The notes: a model not told the origin generated them from the sequence alone. A DNA stretch of 64,000 nucleotides from the human T2T-CHM13v2.0 reference genome, Homo sapiens (GCF_009914755.1 NC_060934.1); one strand, 5' to 3'. Positions 29,289 to 43,294 are shown, numbered from the stretch's first letter. Program-made: numbers and translations.

Positions 29289-29642
29289 CGAACTTTCCTT
29301 TCTTCAAACAGTTTCCGAGCATTTCTCCAAGTGATTGGCTCTTTTCAGACACCTCTGCAGAAGGGTTTTAATTTGCATCACCATATGGAAATCTTCATCT
29401 TGAGCTACATGGCTCCTCTGGGCTGTAATAAGCCCACAGAATCGCACTTACTGATGATCTGAAAGTGGTACAAAGACTGACAGCTCTTCCCTCCCAATTT
29501 TAGCCCCTCTTTCCCAAAATACTGGCATCTGCCAAAGGCCCAGTTGTTTTCCATGGGGGCAAAATTGCCTGTCTCTCTCTTCAAGCTAACTTTAATTGTA
29601 CATTCCTTTCATCTGTTCAAAATCTGATTTAAATATGAATTC
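29289..29642 (-). pseudogene. Exon-like segment
   Basis: Acceptor atatttctgttctag|; alternative donors TCA|gtaagt (29452) and TCG|gtgaga (29289). Confidence 0.4.
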
Positions 29643-31119
29643 CTAGAACAGAAATATCCAGCACTCAAAAGATTGTAAACTTGTTATAGTTTGTCCAGCT
29701 ACACAGTGGTCATATTGTTCTCCTCTATTTGGTGGTGTCCCGTCAAAAGAGACTAAATGACAATGTTTGGTAAAATAGCAACATTAATCACAGTGAAAGT
29801 GATTTATTATTAATCTACCATTCTGTGGCTGTCCCTTGGTTATTTGTGAATACGTATCAAGCCCAAACTTTGAAAATTTGATGATTGGTTTCTTGCAGTT
29901 TCATTATTTCTCCCTTCTCTCTGAGTTTGATGTGTGTGGAAAGTTTCTCAAATATGTGTCCAGTAAATGAATCTTGGACTTAAAAACAGGGAGAGCAAGA
30001 AAAAAAGTCTGGTTATTAATTTAACAAATAGTTACTGAATGTCTTAACTGTCTTAGGTATAGCCCAATGTGCTGAGAATATAGCAGTGAACAAGGACATA
30101 GTCTTTGTCCTCACAAACTTACAGGCTAGTGGGGCAAAAGCCAGTGAAAGAACAAGAAAAGACATATACATTTTATACATTGCAATAAATGCTTAGAATG
30201 AAAAAAGCAGGGGTATTGCAAAAGAAAATTATGGAGGAAAAACTTAGAGAATGCTCCATGATGACTCAACTCCAAAACTTAGCGTTGTGGATGAAAGAAA
30301 AGGTCAGACATAACGCCCACGTATTTGGCCAACCCACAGTTGAAGCAGGTGCTGCTTCTTCAACAATATGCTAGTAGATATAGAAGTAAAATATACTGTA
30401 CTCTTATGGTGAATTTTCTGAGAGAATTTGTCTTGAAGATATGTAATATGTATACAGTTAATATGTATACAGAATACATTCCTGGGAAAATGCTAAAAAA
30501 CATTCTGGTACTCCTCTTTTTTGGATTGCTGTGGCCAGGATGCTCTGGAAGCATGCAGTTCTTCTCCCTCCTCCTAGATACTATCTCCGAATTCTTATAG
30601 TGAAACTCATTTTCATGCATTGGGTAGGTAAGTCCCCTAAACTTGGGATCTGACGCCTCTTAGACTCAATATCAAGGAGAAGAAATATCAATAGAAGTAG
30701 AAAAGTAGGATAGCACGCTCCTGACAAAGTAGGAAGAAGTGCTCCATCACTTTCCTCAGCAGGTACACTAGCCCAGTAACTAGTCTCAATTCACTAGTGA
30801 AGACTCACCCACCATTTCCCTATGTTTCCTGTTTCTCCTCATGATTCTCTTTCCATGCGGGAATCCCTAAGGATGGAGCCAACTTCTATTATCTTTATGG
30901 TTTGGTCTTATTTTGCCGGTGGTAGTTTCTAGCAGCTTGTAACAAAACTTTGAGGTGTCATCCCTGAACTGACTCAGGTGCCACAAACCCCTCATAAATC
31001 CCATGTTGTATTGTCAGAGTCCTTATCACACAAGATCAATGGTTATTCTCTTACATAAAACCCCACCAAGGGTCTCCTATAACTTGTTATACTAAGATCA
31101 AGCTAGATATAACAAGAGT

Positions 31120-31650
31120 TTCAGTTTTCTACTGCTCTGTAACAAACTATCCTAACACTCAATAACTTAAAATAATGATTTATTATTATATCTCATGATT
31201 CTGGAATTGATGGGCTCACCTGGGTGGTTCTTGTTTGTAATCCTTTATATGGGTCCACCCAGAAGGTGTCATCTGAAAGCTTCTTCACTCACATGTCTGG
31301 TGCCTGGACTAGGATGGCTGGATCATCTGGGGCTGGTCAGACATCAGTTACTTTATGCAGCACCTCTATGTGGCTAGCATAGGCATCCTCATAGCATGGA
31401 GGTCATAGTGTAGGCAGGCTTCTAATATGGCCACTGGCTGCATCAGAATTGGTGTTGCCAGTGAATATGGAATATGGAATATGGAAGCTGCCAGTCTCTT
31501 AAGGCCTGGGCCTGGAAACTGGCATAAGGTCACTTGTGTCACAGTCTGTTGATCAGAGACCATCCACTTTCAAAGGGAGGGGATATATGTTCTCACCTTT
31601 TAAGGGAATGAGTGTCAAAGAATTTGTGGCCATCGTCAATCTGTCACAAA
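31120..31650 (-). mobile_element. MLT1-type LTR
   Basis: ctactgctctgtaacaaactatcc...cctggaaactggcata...tcacagtctgttgatcaga. Confidence 0.7.
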
Positions 31651-31849
31651 TCTATTGCCCCTTTTATACGAGAGCCTTTAATGTATATGAAGAAAGCAAA
31701 TGTAGACCATTATATTTTTTCTTTACAGGCCATACTCACCAGTTCCTTTAACCTTCAGATCCTTCACATCCTTGCCAACTCCCATATACATTCCAAATTG
31801 TCAAAGTCCCATGTAAAACATGGTTTTCAGGTCTTGATTCATTATCCCT

Positions 31850-33230
31850 GATGTAGTTGTTCCAGTACAGAGGAATGAACTGATCAACATCTCTTTTCTG
31901 GAAAATATAATTCTACGTATGCAGCCTAAGTTTGCATTTCTTTTGTTTTTATTAGCTATGTTATACTTTTGATCCATATCAAGCTAAAATGACATTTTAA
32001 TTATAAAAAGTAATTGCAGCAAACATGTAAAATATGAAACAACACAAAGAAAAATAAGATCATCTGTATTCTCACCACTGAGAATTAACCACTGCTACCT
32101 TTCTGGCCTTTTTTCCTATTAATATCTGTGCACAAGTGTGTGTATTCTGTGCCCTGGTTGTTATCCACTTAACAAAATAGTATGGGCATTTTCCCCACAT
32201 GAGTAAACCTACATTGTCCTCTGTAGTGGCGGCATCATATCATATTTTGCAGTCAAGCGAAACACTTACATCTTTTTTGGTTGAAATGCAGTTAATCCAG
32301 ATTGTCTTCATTCTGTACTTGCGTAGTTTTAAAAATTAACCTAAATGTATGACTTTACCTTTTTTTTGTTAAAAATTATATTACTGCTTTTAAGGTAAAT
32401 TATTACAGCCGGTTATAACCTTTTAAGTCCTGATTTTATCAACAAAACTTTCCCAGATTTATGTAATTTAAAAATCAGTAAGTATTATAATCACTGCTAT
32501 ATAATTAAAAATAGGATAGAGCCTCCTAGTGTTTCCCTGGAGACTGCCCTCCAAGTTTCATAACTCCATTGATCAAACACTCTTTGGCTCTGATCAATTA
32601 ATCATCTGAGTAGTACTATCATGTGACCTGTTTCTCCATTTGAAAACGAGAATTTTCAACACTAGGAGAAAATACTGCCAACCATTTTGCCATTTGAATA
32701 CATTCTATCTGTCACGTTCCCTTATGTCCATCTCATAATTTTATTAAAGAAAAGAGATTGGGGTGGTTTGGCCTAACTTCTTTTTGGATTCATGCTGTTG
32801 TCTTTTTCCATTGTGTTTAAAAACCAACAGTTTAATTTTTCAGTGATTAAATATATACCCTTGGACTATAGATAACAAAACCTATTTTTAAAAATCCAGA
32901 TGCATTTCCAATTACCCACGATCCTTCAAAGTGTAGCCCCTGTGGCTTGACATTCTCATCCTTAAGTCCTTTAAGTTCACTTCAATGTGGCTCAGTTGGG
33001 ACAAGCAATTTGGACTCACTCAAAGCAGTGGTGAGCTTTCTTCTATCTTATTTATCTCAGATTTCTGAACCCTGCAAAAACATTGTTCTACCCTCTTTGT
33101 AGGAAGATTATTTTCCCTGAAAGGGTCAAGGCAAAATACAAGTTGAAGTAGAGTAGTTGTGTTTTCTCTCTATCTCCTGTTCCCACTACACCCTCTGCTT
33201 CAAGTAATGGATCCATTTTTTTTCCCTCTC
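31850..33230 (-). mobile_element. CR1/L3 LINE remnant (with an L1 fragment inside)
   Basis: Antisense CR1 RT-region phrases (atgcagcctaag, ggtttggcctaacttctttttggattcatgctg). Confidence 0.5.
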
Positions 33231-33302
33231 TAAACTACCTGAGAGCTCACACATCTTGAGATTCTCCAGAGTGACTAACATCATGCCTTACTTGTTATAG
33301 GT

Positions 33303-34000
33303 GTATTAGAACTCTTTTCGTTGCAAGCGACAGAAATCCAACTCAAACTTGCTGAAACCAGAAAACCTTTTAGAAACAGAAGTATACAGCGACTTGATTC
33401 AATATCAGACAAGCTTGCAACCCAGCTAGCTGTAGAGATGCAAATAATACCATCAGGACTTGGATTCTCTCTCTCCATCTCTCTAAGGTGCATCTCTCTC
33501 TGATTTCACTTGGAGAAAGTCTCCTTCCACATAGGAGCTCCAGAATTACATCTTCACAGTGCCAAGCCCTGGGAAAAACAAAATTATTCTTACTTGGTTG
33601 CCCAAGCACAAGTCCCAGGGTCAGCTGTATTTGATTCTGTTGGCTTGAATTATGTCATGTGGCCATTCCTGAGCCAATCACCATGACCCTGAGCTTATTA
33701 CTCTCTGATTGGCCTGACCTTAGTCACTTGCCTACCATAGTGCTTGGACTACAGTGAACTCTACAATAAAGAACAGTGACAGAGTGAGCTGAATGGACAA
33801 CAAACAGGAGCTGGATGGACAACAGAAACTGCCTACTGTGAACTAGGACCATGGAGGAGTTGCCAATCAAAGCAGAAATAAGGGAGAAATGCCCTGACTG
33901 CTCTCTCTTAGTCCTCCAATCTCCCAATATTGCCTCTCATTGGCTAGTCCAGAAGGCAGCTGTCAAGAAGTCTGGAAAATGTCATTTTCAGTACAAAAGA
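33303..34000 (-). mobile_element. Old MaLR/ERVL LTR fragments
   Basis: gttgcaagcgacagaaatccaactcaaac...gagccaatcacc motifs. Confidence 0.5.
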
Positions 34001-34205
34001 GAGGAATGTATCTGACACCAAGGAGGCAAATGAATGACACCCTCCTTGTAGCAAGAAAGAAAGATTGAGAGTGCTTTCCCATGGAAAATTAACAGCTTCA
34101 TCTTGATCCTTTTCTTTGCTATAGTAGAAGAATTTGAAGCCTTTCTGCTATTGAGGAAACGGAGGCTCAGTTTTCCAGATTTTGGCCATAGGTCCTAGAG
34201 GCTAC

Positions 34206-34528
34206 TGAGACAGCCAGGTGGGAGGGGGTCCCCAGAGAAACTCCAGCCAGCTTGTGCACTGTGATGGAGCCTCAGGAAGTTCACAGTTTGCAGCAGGAAG
34301 GAGCCTGGCTGCTCCTCTTCCTGTGTGGAACCTGGGATTAGAACAGCTGGCAGGAAGTGCTTTAGCAGGGACTCTGGCCTAGTGAGAGTCCTTGTTTCCC
34401 CCTTTCTTCCTTTTCACTCAATAAAGCCCTGTCTTACTCACCATTCAAATTGTCTGTAAGCCTGAATTTTCATGGCTGTGGGACAAAGAACCCTATTTTT
34501 AGCTGAACTAAGGAAAATTCCTGCAACA
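34206..34528 (+). mobile_element. 5' LTR (MER61A-like)
   Basis: tgagacagccaggtgggagg...cctgcaaca, AATAAA present; paired with the 3' LTR. Confidence 0.85.
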
Positions 34529-37500
34529 TTTTTGGCACCCAACGTGGGACTCGAGAAGCTGTGAGTGAAATGGGGACTCAAAACCTCTCACTGTTGCTTC
34601 TAAACCTTTTCATCCTTGGACTTCTGAACGTGAGGGAACCATGCCCCGACCCCCTGTCATTCCTGGGCCTTTTCATGGCCTTTTCCTTCCTTTTTCAGGA
34701 GCTAACCAGCAAGCAGCAGCTCGTCGCCACTTCCCACTCCCTGCACTCCCTTCCCACTCCATGTGCAAGGACACATGGCCCAAGGGTCCCACACAGTTGG
34801 CTGGCTGGTTCCTAGCCACAAGCTGCCAGAGCCTACCCCTTCCCCATTCAACGGGTTTTACTCCATCAGACAGTAATTAAGCTTAAACTTTTCTCCCTGG
34901 TGGAGGAACCTGTTGCATAAGTATAAGAGGTTCTTCCTCAGGCATTTTTAAACTGTTTCGTTTCTTTCCTCTTTTCCACCCTGTCGGCAGTTAACTTTTA
35001 GATTTTTTTTTTTTTTAGGAGATGTTTTACTGGCCAGCTCTCTTCAACTATCACTGTGTGTAGTCTCTGCAAAGTTTTGGTTGTGAAATCAAGCCTCCAT
35101 CTTGTTTTACATCCCGAGGGCATGGCTTGTGACTCCTGTGGCAAGGCTTTGTTTAGCAATTCTGCCTTAGGGAATAAGTTTCTTTCTGGTTCGATATCTG
35201 CATGTTTTCCTAGCTCTGTCTCTTAAGGGACCCTACCCAGTGACTGGGTTTTCTTCTGCCTGCCTGTGTGTGTACTGTGTGTGATGTCTGTGAAAAGAGC
35301 TTTAATAATGTGGCCTAAAGGAAAACAAGTGCTTGGATCTAATATTTTTTAAAGGGAATATAAAATATGTGGTACCTTTCTGTTCATGTGATTTTAAATT
35401 TTGAGAAATAAAAGCAGCACTAAAGACTATTGGTAAAACGCAGGTCAGATGCAAGGTTTTGAGGTTACAAACTGCTTTTTGGGTTTTGAGAACTATTTGA
35501 CTTTGGGCTTCACAGTTGGTAAGGCCTGGGGACATATGGAATTAACCATGCCCTTAACTAAGAAGGCAAACCTTGGCTGCAGTTGGCACACAATTAAAGC
35601 AACTTACCAAGTTTTACCTTAAAGTTAAAAATTGCTAGGAGTTAATTAAAACTACTAGAAATAGATTTACATGCAAGGCGTGTAAGAACAGTAAAATGTG
35701 TTTTTTAGTAAACAGTCATAAGAAGGCATGGAAATGTAAACTATTGCCTAGGGTTAAAGGTTTGTTTTGAGTTAAATTACGAAAAAGCTGAAGATTCAAA
35801 GAAGTGCTGGAAGAATTGTGGAAATTAATCTTACAGAAGAGGTTCTCTGTGTGAAGATATTGACTAAATTCAAAAAAGGGTATTATATGGTTTTTCTGTT
35901 AATTGAGCATTAAAATAAAGGCATAACAAGGTTTTCTTAAGGTGCTAACCTGCTGTTTGGCAAAATTTGTAAAGGGTTATAAAAGATTTTTTCTTCTTTA
36001 AAATTTCTGAGTCATCATTTTGGCAAAATAAATAACTTATGGTAATCTGTAATTCTATTTCATAATATCAAGTGTTTTAAACTTCAAAGATATTTAACAG
36101 GCTTCCCCAAATCAAACTTCAGTTTCGAAATTGTCTTTCCTGATGCCTGGCTTTTTGGATGTTTCAGAGGGCCCCTGAAACATTCAGAAAAAAGAGGTAA
36201 ACAGGATTATTTGACATGTTTAGGTACATGGGATTGCCAAAATGATGCTCAATCTTCTTTAGGCTGTATTTTTGTGAGTAAGGCTAATATATGTTCCAAA
36301 ATTTTATGGGATTAAAAAAATTCTAATGTCCAAAGTATGTGCTGTCAATCATAATTAAGGTTGTTATGTTAAGTTATTGTAAACCATGGAGATAACCAAA
36401 CTTCTTGTCAATCGTGTTTCTAACTGTAACTACCCTGGACATTTTGCTATTCATATACAATTGTTGTCTTGTTTTAATCCTTTTCGAAGATGGTTTATAA
36501 TGAGCTATAGAACTTTAACAGGTGCTCTCAAGTACAGGCTTCTGATAACTTTAGAGATTGTAACATTGGAATAAAGGAAAATGTACAGGACTCATAAAGA
36601 GCTGAAATGTTCACAAATATCAAGCAAAACAAGATTTAACTAAATGGACTGAACTCAGGAAGCTGAAGCAAATCTTTTTGACTTTTGCTTAGAATATTGC
36701 TGATCCTTGTTTTGTTTTTCTGAGTCAAAGAAACCTATTTTGAATTATTTACGGCCTTTAATAAGTAATGTATATACACTCCTGTAATTAAAATTTGGAG
36801 CATCTTTGTTTCTCTCTTCCTGGTTTCTCTAGAATTTAGAAACTATTCGTGAGTATTCTTATGGCAATGTAGTTGTTTGCCTCAGTGCAATAAGAATCCA
36901 TTTTTCTTTTGCAACAGAACACAGTTGGAGAAAGTGGTTATTTTGCCAAGGCTTTGACTGGAAGGGTATGCTTCCCTTTAAGGAGTCAAGCTCGACTTTC
37001 GGAGCTGATAAAAGCCCTGTGGGGAAACTGGCCTCATACCCTTGCCTACAGAGTCCCTGTACAGGGTTCCTGACCTGTGGTCTGTAAAGAATGTCACTTC
37101 TAACAGGTCTAGGAGCTCCAATTTTACCTTGGGACCTTAAGAGAAGAGAAACACCCACTCATAGGTGTTTGAGGATGCAAACCCATAGTTGGGCTCAGCT
37201 TTAAAAGGTCTTATCTGAGATTCCTTGTGGAACAAATTTCCATTAAAGCCAATCCAAAAGGCCTATGTAGAAATAATTGTTCTTGCTGCACTTTATTCAA
37301 ATAATCAGGCCAAGTATAAGACTAATATCTATTTTTCAAACCACTCAGTTCTATGATGATTTGTGTTTTTAACAAACATGAAGACTGTAGAGAGAGAAAT
37401 TATGTTCCAAAACTTACCATACATTTGTCATTAAATCCTAAACTAATTAGTTGTTTGTAAATTTTCACCTACATTTTAGACTAACCCTGCTTGTCCTGTG

Positions 37501-38949
37501 AACCAACCAGTAATCCCTGGCTGCAGCTCAAAAATAACAAAAGGGATGGGTAATGCAAAAATCTGGATCAATATTCTAGTTCTGAGCAATTATCATGCAA
37601 ATCCTGCCAGGTGACGGGAATAAATAGGATACTCATCACTCGGAGGTTTCCTTTTTGGGAAAGTAAGACCAAGGGAGCTAATCAAAGCCAAGCACCATGC
37701 ACCCAAATCTTAGCAAGCATAACTATAGCCACCAGTTATCTGGGTATATCACAAGGCCTCCTTTCCTCTCCCTTGTTGGAGGACGACTCACTTCCACAGT
37801 TTCACCTTAGCATTTGGCTTATGACAAGGAGTCCATGCAACCCCCTTAGAGGCACATTTTTGTCCCAAACTTAATTCCAAGCTTCGGGTCAAAACCCTAG
37901 GAAGGATAACTGGATCTAAGGGATTCAGAGGCAGATGACAACAGAGGTTAAAAGGCACACTGCAGGTGAGTGTGGCTGATTGCTGCCGATTAAGCCAAGC
38001 CCAAGCTTCCTGCTTCATGGATAAAGGCCATGTTAATATCCATGGCATAAATGAGGTCTAGGGAACTCCAAGGCTACTGACAGCAGGCAGGATAGAGGCA
38101 CAGGTGAGAGCCAATAATTCCTATTCTCAAGGCCCTCCCTGCTTCATGAGTGCAAGCCACTTTAGCACTCATGACGGGACCAGCCAAGGTCACCAGGACT
38201 CAGGGATGCAAGGATGGAAGAGTGAAAGAGGACGCTCTTTCCTCTCTCCCTCATGTACCCTGGGTATCTGCCAAGAGTATCTGCTAGGAAGAGAAGGAAA
38301 CCAGGGACGCCTGCTCCCCTCTTTCTAGATAGGTAGCCATTCATCTTCAGTCCGTACCCCTTTAGAATGCATCCTGAACCTCTGGGGCTCCTTTGAAAAA
38401 ATACCCTTTTTTCCCCTCTCTCTTCCTCTGTCCTCTCTTCACAGATAGGTAATTGTGTCCCTATACTATGGGACACTCCCCTCAGATGCATCCTTCAAAT
38501 TGGAGAGAGTTAATTTTCCAAACCTTAAACTGCTTGGCTTAGGATTTGGCTCAGAGGAAGGGAATCCAGAAGCCTAACATTCCAGCAAAAGGGTAAAGTT
38601 TTTTTTTGACAGCCGGGCTTTTGGCTGCCCTCTCCCTGTGCAAACTGGTAAAAGGCCTCAGAATTTTTTGAGCTGTCTTTACCCTGCTCCTTGTTTCATT
38701 TTGATACATGTGTTCTAATAACCTGGTTTGTCTGTCCTTGCCTTCAGGCCATCAGACTCTGAACAGTCATGCAATCGGAGCCTCTGACGATGGCCTCTTC
38801 TGCTGGGAACCCTTAGATAGGCCTCTAGGGAAGCTCTGACTGCCGTTTCCCTAAAACAGAGCCCCCTATCAGCAGGAAGCAGTTAAGACTGGACTTCATC
38901 CTTATCCTTAATCTAACAGCAGTTAGATGTACTTCTTTAGGGTGGGTAA

Positions 38950-39274
38950 TGAGACAGCCAGGTGGGAGGGGGTCCCCAGAGAAACTCCAGCCAGCCTGAG
39001 CACTGGGGTGGAGCTTCACGAAGTTTGTGCTGTTTGCAGTGGGAAGGAGCATAGCCCCTCCTCTTCCTGTGTGGAACCTGGGATTCGAAAGGCTGGTGGG
39101 AAGTGCTCTAGCAGGGTCTCTGGCCTAGTGAGAGTCCCCGTTTCCCCCTTTCATCCTTTTCACCCAGTAAAACCCTGACTTACTCACCATTCAAATTGTC
39201 TGAGAGCCTGAATTTTCATGGCTGTGGTACAAAGAACCCCATCTTTAGCTGAACTAAGGAAAAGTCCTGCAACA
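38950..39274 (+). mobile_element. 3' LTR (MER61A-like)
   Basis: Direct repeat of the 5' LTR. Confidence 0.85.
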
Positions 39275-39571
39275 CTACCAGTGGTCCAGGAGTGACTGTT
39301 TTGTTTCTTAGAGCATGGAAAGGTCTGAGGGGTCCTGAAGGAAAGGCCAAGCCAGCTGTGGTGATGGAGGTCTACTTAGGGTGCTCAGGGAAGGGGCATT
39401 TTTTTCCAAAACAGAAGTGCAAGTCTTGACTTGGTTCCTGAGTGTGAATAGTGTGAGTTATATAGTGGGTTCAGGTAACGAGGGGGAACAGAATTGTCTT
39501 TTTGATTTTTGAGTGCAGGATAGCAAGAGTCTGAACAGTGAAAGAATTCTGTAATTCAACATTTAAACAGC

Positions 39572-39861
39572 TGGCATCACCAACCTGGTATGTTTTAATT
39601 GAGTGTCAGCTCTGCTCATAACCCTCCTTCTCCAGGAATTCTTCAGACATTTTGGCGACCCACAGACATTTTACTAGATCCAAGGCTGCTCTGTAAAATA
39701 ACTTGTGTTGGGATTCTTTACTGAGAGTTCGTTATATCTTACCACAGAGCATCCAAAAACCTCTTTCAAGAACACATAGCCAACTCTTTGAGTTCCTTTG
39801 CCTCAGGAACTTTTGTGTTGCCAAAATAAAGCAGACTCTTGTATTGGAAAGCCCAGGCTCT
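39572..39861 (-). pseudogene. Exon-like segment
   Basis: Acceptor with branch point ctctaacattcccctttcag|; internal donor GTG|gtaaga at 39743; one frame of about 96 codons with 1 stop. Confidence 0.45.
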
Positions 39862-40114
39862 CTGAAAGGGGAATGTTAGAGGTGCCTCACACAGGCAGCC
39901 CAGGGCTGAAAGCAGAAAAGAGATGTGTCTGGTTTGGTCTGAACAGTATTAGTCAGTACAGAGTTTAAGTCTAAATGTTGCTAACATTTAAAAATGAAGA
40001 CATTCTACAAATAAACCCAGATTTCAGGGTTTTACCAGCAAATTGAATGCTCAGTCAATACTGGTTCCACATTCCAGTGCCAGCAATGGTGTCCCCTTTA
40101 GAAAGCATGCATTT

Positions 40115-40534
<420 letters not shown>

Positions 40535-41019
40535 TTAGGTATTTAAGTTTCTGACTCAGGCTAGACGCAGCTAGGGAGAAAATAGTTCACATTCTCCAAG
40601 CCACTGATTTTTGTGGGCCCTGTGAGGGGAAGAGTCCAACTTCCCACTTTGGGACTTCTGTGAGGTGACTTGTGGATGACTGAGAGACCGGATACTGTGC
40701 TCTTGGTTGTTGTGATAGAAGATCTCTGGGCTCAAGCCTGGATCGTCTCCCTCAAAGGACCAGACTAGCTTAGACCAGGATCACTCAGCAGTAATAAATG
40801 AAGACAGAAGACACGGGGATTTCTCTCTAAAAATTTAGGGTGTGCAAGAACCCTAGTGCTTTTGAACAGCATTAGAAGGCAGGCTTATAGGATTATAGAA
40901 CTGAATATCACTCCAGCAATGTGGGAGAGAGTTCAGAGAAAAGTATTGATTAAGAGACATAATATTAATATATAGACAGAGTTATATAATAGCTGGAAAG
41001 ATGTTTGGCTGTGCCTTCA

Positions 41020-41086
41020 GGTATTAGTCACAGTTCTTCTGGGAAACAGAACCAAAAGAATCAGTCAATCTATCTAGGTATCTATG

Positions 41087-41133
<47 letters not shown>

Positions 41134-41503
41134 CTCTATCCATCCATCCAATCTTTCTGTCTAGAGAGATGCTGGAAACCTGGGAGAGCCAATGAATAAC
41201 TACTGTCTGAGTCTGAGTTGGAGCTAGAGTCTACAGCCAAAAGCAGAAGACCCATGTCCTATCTCAAAGACCATCAGGCATAGAGAGCGAATTCTTTTTT
41301 ACTCAGCCTTTTGTTATATTCAGGCCTTCAATGAATTGAATGAGGCCCACCTACTTTGGGGAGGAAACTGCTTTACTCAGTCTACTGATTTAAATGTTAA
41401 TCTCATCCAGAAACACTCTCACAGACACACCCAGAATAATGCTTCACCACATATCTTGGGCTCCCTGTGGCCCAGTGAAGTTGACATATGAAATTAACCA
41501 TCA
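41020..41503 (-). mobile_element. MLT2 (ERVL) solo LTR containing (TCTA)n
   Basis: ctgatttaaatgttaatctcatcc...cacacccagaataatg...gttgacatatgaaattaaccatca. Confidence 0.85.
41068..41149. repeat. (TCTA)n/(TCCA)n tetranucleotide STR
   Basis: Direct reading. Confidence 0.95.
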
Positions 41504-41879
41504 CTCCTCATGCCTACCTATAGCGAGAGCTGGGATGAATCCCATCCTCCCATCTGCAGGGCTGGCTGCATGTGTTTGCTTATGTGCTGTCACCAAGGAA
41601 CAGTTTCTCTTTGTTTTGTCATTGTGTGAAGCTGCATGTCTGAAATGATCTGATGATGATTTTTCAAAAAGCCTCCAGTACAGAGCTGCTTTTTTTGTTG
41701 TTGTTGTTGTTTTTATGTTTGTTAAGAGCAGATGCTCTAATAGCCTGTCTCTTATTGCATGGGAAAGTACAAAGGAAGTGATGGAGCCACCATATATTTC
41801 TAAATTTCTGCTGACATTCCTGGGGGATGCTGCAGTAACTCCTAAGGCTGCCTTTATTTTATCTGCATAGCCCAGCCCA

Positions 41880-42330
41880 TGCACTACCTTCAGAGTTATT
41901 TTCCCAGATCCTGAGCCTAATCATGCTTCACTCACTTACAGTCTATCTCTGGGTCCCCATGCCTTCCTCTGGAGCCTGGACTCTTTGACAAGGCATTCTG
42001 GCATTCTAGACTCTTCCTGCATTGCCAGCTTCATCTCTCCATCACCATGTGCTCTGCCTAATTTCCCAAATATTCTGTTCCCTGCTTCTTTCCAGGTCTC
42101 TGTTTACCCTGCTTCTCCAGCCTGAGTTCCTTTTTTTTCTCCATTCTGCTTGTTGAACTCCTGCCAAACTCCGATTTTGACATCAAAGCCCACCTTGAAT
42201 GCTGCTTGTCGCTAAAGCCATCGCTGGCATTTCCAGTAGGTATTGCAGTACTTTGGATCTCTATCCTAGCACCTTCCCTGAATTAGTATGTGCATGCTCC
42301 ACTTCCCTGACTAGAACCAATACTTCTCAA
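41880..42330 (+). mobile_element. L2 fragment
   Basis: Pyrimidine-rich L2 3' phrases. Confidence 0.45.
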
Positions 42331-43294
42331 GGGCCACAGAGCCATCCCCTTCAAGAGAATTTGGACAAGAGGAAAATGAGGTGAATCTTCTCAGTGTTAA
42401 ATTATCAAATCAACTCAATGGGCCAGAAAAGTCATATACAAAGACCACTTAAGTAGTCAAAATAATTCTTGGTTCAGAGTGCAACTTGATTGCAGTTGTT
42501 TTTAAAGCAGCATTCATCACCCTGTAATCTGGAGGTGAGGGAGGTGTGTTTGTTTGGAAGAGTTCATTATCCTATCATATCTTCCCTTTGGTGGTTTGCA
42601 TGATGAGTTAGCCTATTCAAGGCTCTGAGAAGTGCTGTAATAATGAGCCCTTTTCACTTTGTTGAATCTAATATTTCTTGAATTTATGACGTTCTTTTAT
42701 TTTTCATAGAACACTATGAAACTTTTATTTTTTCATAGGACATTGTCAATATCTACTGGACTAAAGAAATTCTCTACTAATCAGAAAAGGAATTGGTCTG
42801 TATTGAAGCTGGAAAGAAAATCAGAGGAGCCAATGCTGTCAGAGTGCATCCAAGGACCATTTAAAGATGTCCTGGCCGGAGGTCTGGGCTGTCAGGTCCT
42901 GCCAGCAGGTAGATTCCTTCCAGAGACATTCCTTGACCTGATACCATCAAATCACTTTAGTAGGACAAGTAACTTTCCTTATTCTCATTTCATGCTTGCT
43001 AGACAACTGATTATACTTTAGTTTTGGAAGTAAATTTCTTACATGAAGGAAATAATCTGGTCTCAGGATGGGATGTTTAAACCCCTTGCAGTTCTAGTAT
43101 GGTAATAAATTGGCATTCTGGGCTGTACATCAGTCCCTCATGACCTTGATTAGTGAGACTCCATCCCTGAGATCCTTATTCATTCTTAGTGGAATAAAAC
43201 AAAATCATATTTCACAACCTGTGAGGCTGTGAATGATATCCTATTACTGTGGTGAATATAATAATGGCAATAACTAGCATTCATAGAGCATTGC

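Larger units (their letters stand above)
34206..39274 (+). mobile_element. ERV1 (MER4 group) provirus, MER61-like LTR-int-LTR, non-coding
   Basis: TG...CA LTRs at 34206-34528 and 38950-39274; 4-bp TSD CTAC (34202-34205, 39275-39278); PBS TGGCACCCAACGTGGGAC at 34533-34550; degenerate PPT before the 3' LTR. Confidence 0.9.

Noticed and set aside
34206-34528. p53 response element reported for some MER61 subfamilies
   Set aside because: No RRRCWWGYYY pair seen in either LTR.
39620-39750. SAND-, BACK- or PWWP-like patterns in the translated exon
   Set aside because: Spacing does not fit any of them convincingly; needs an HMM search.
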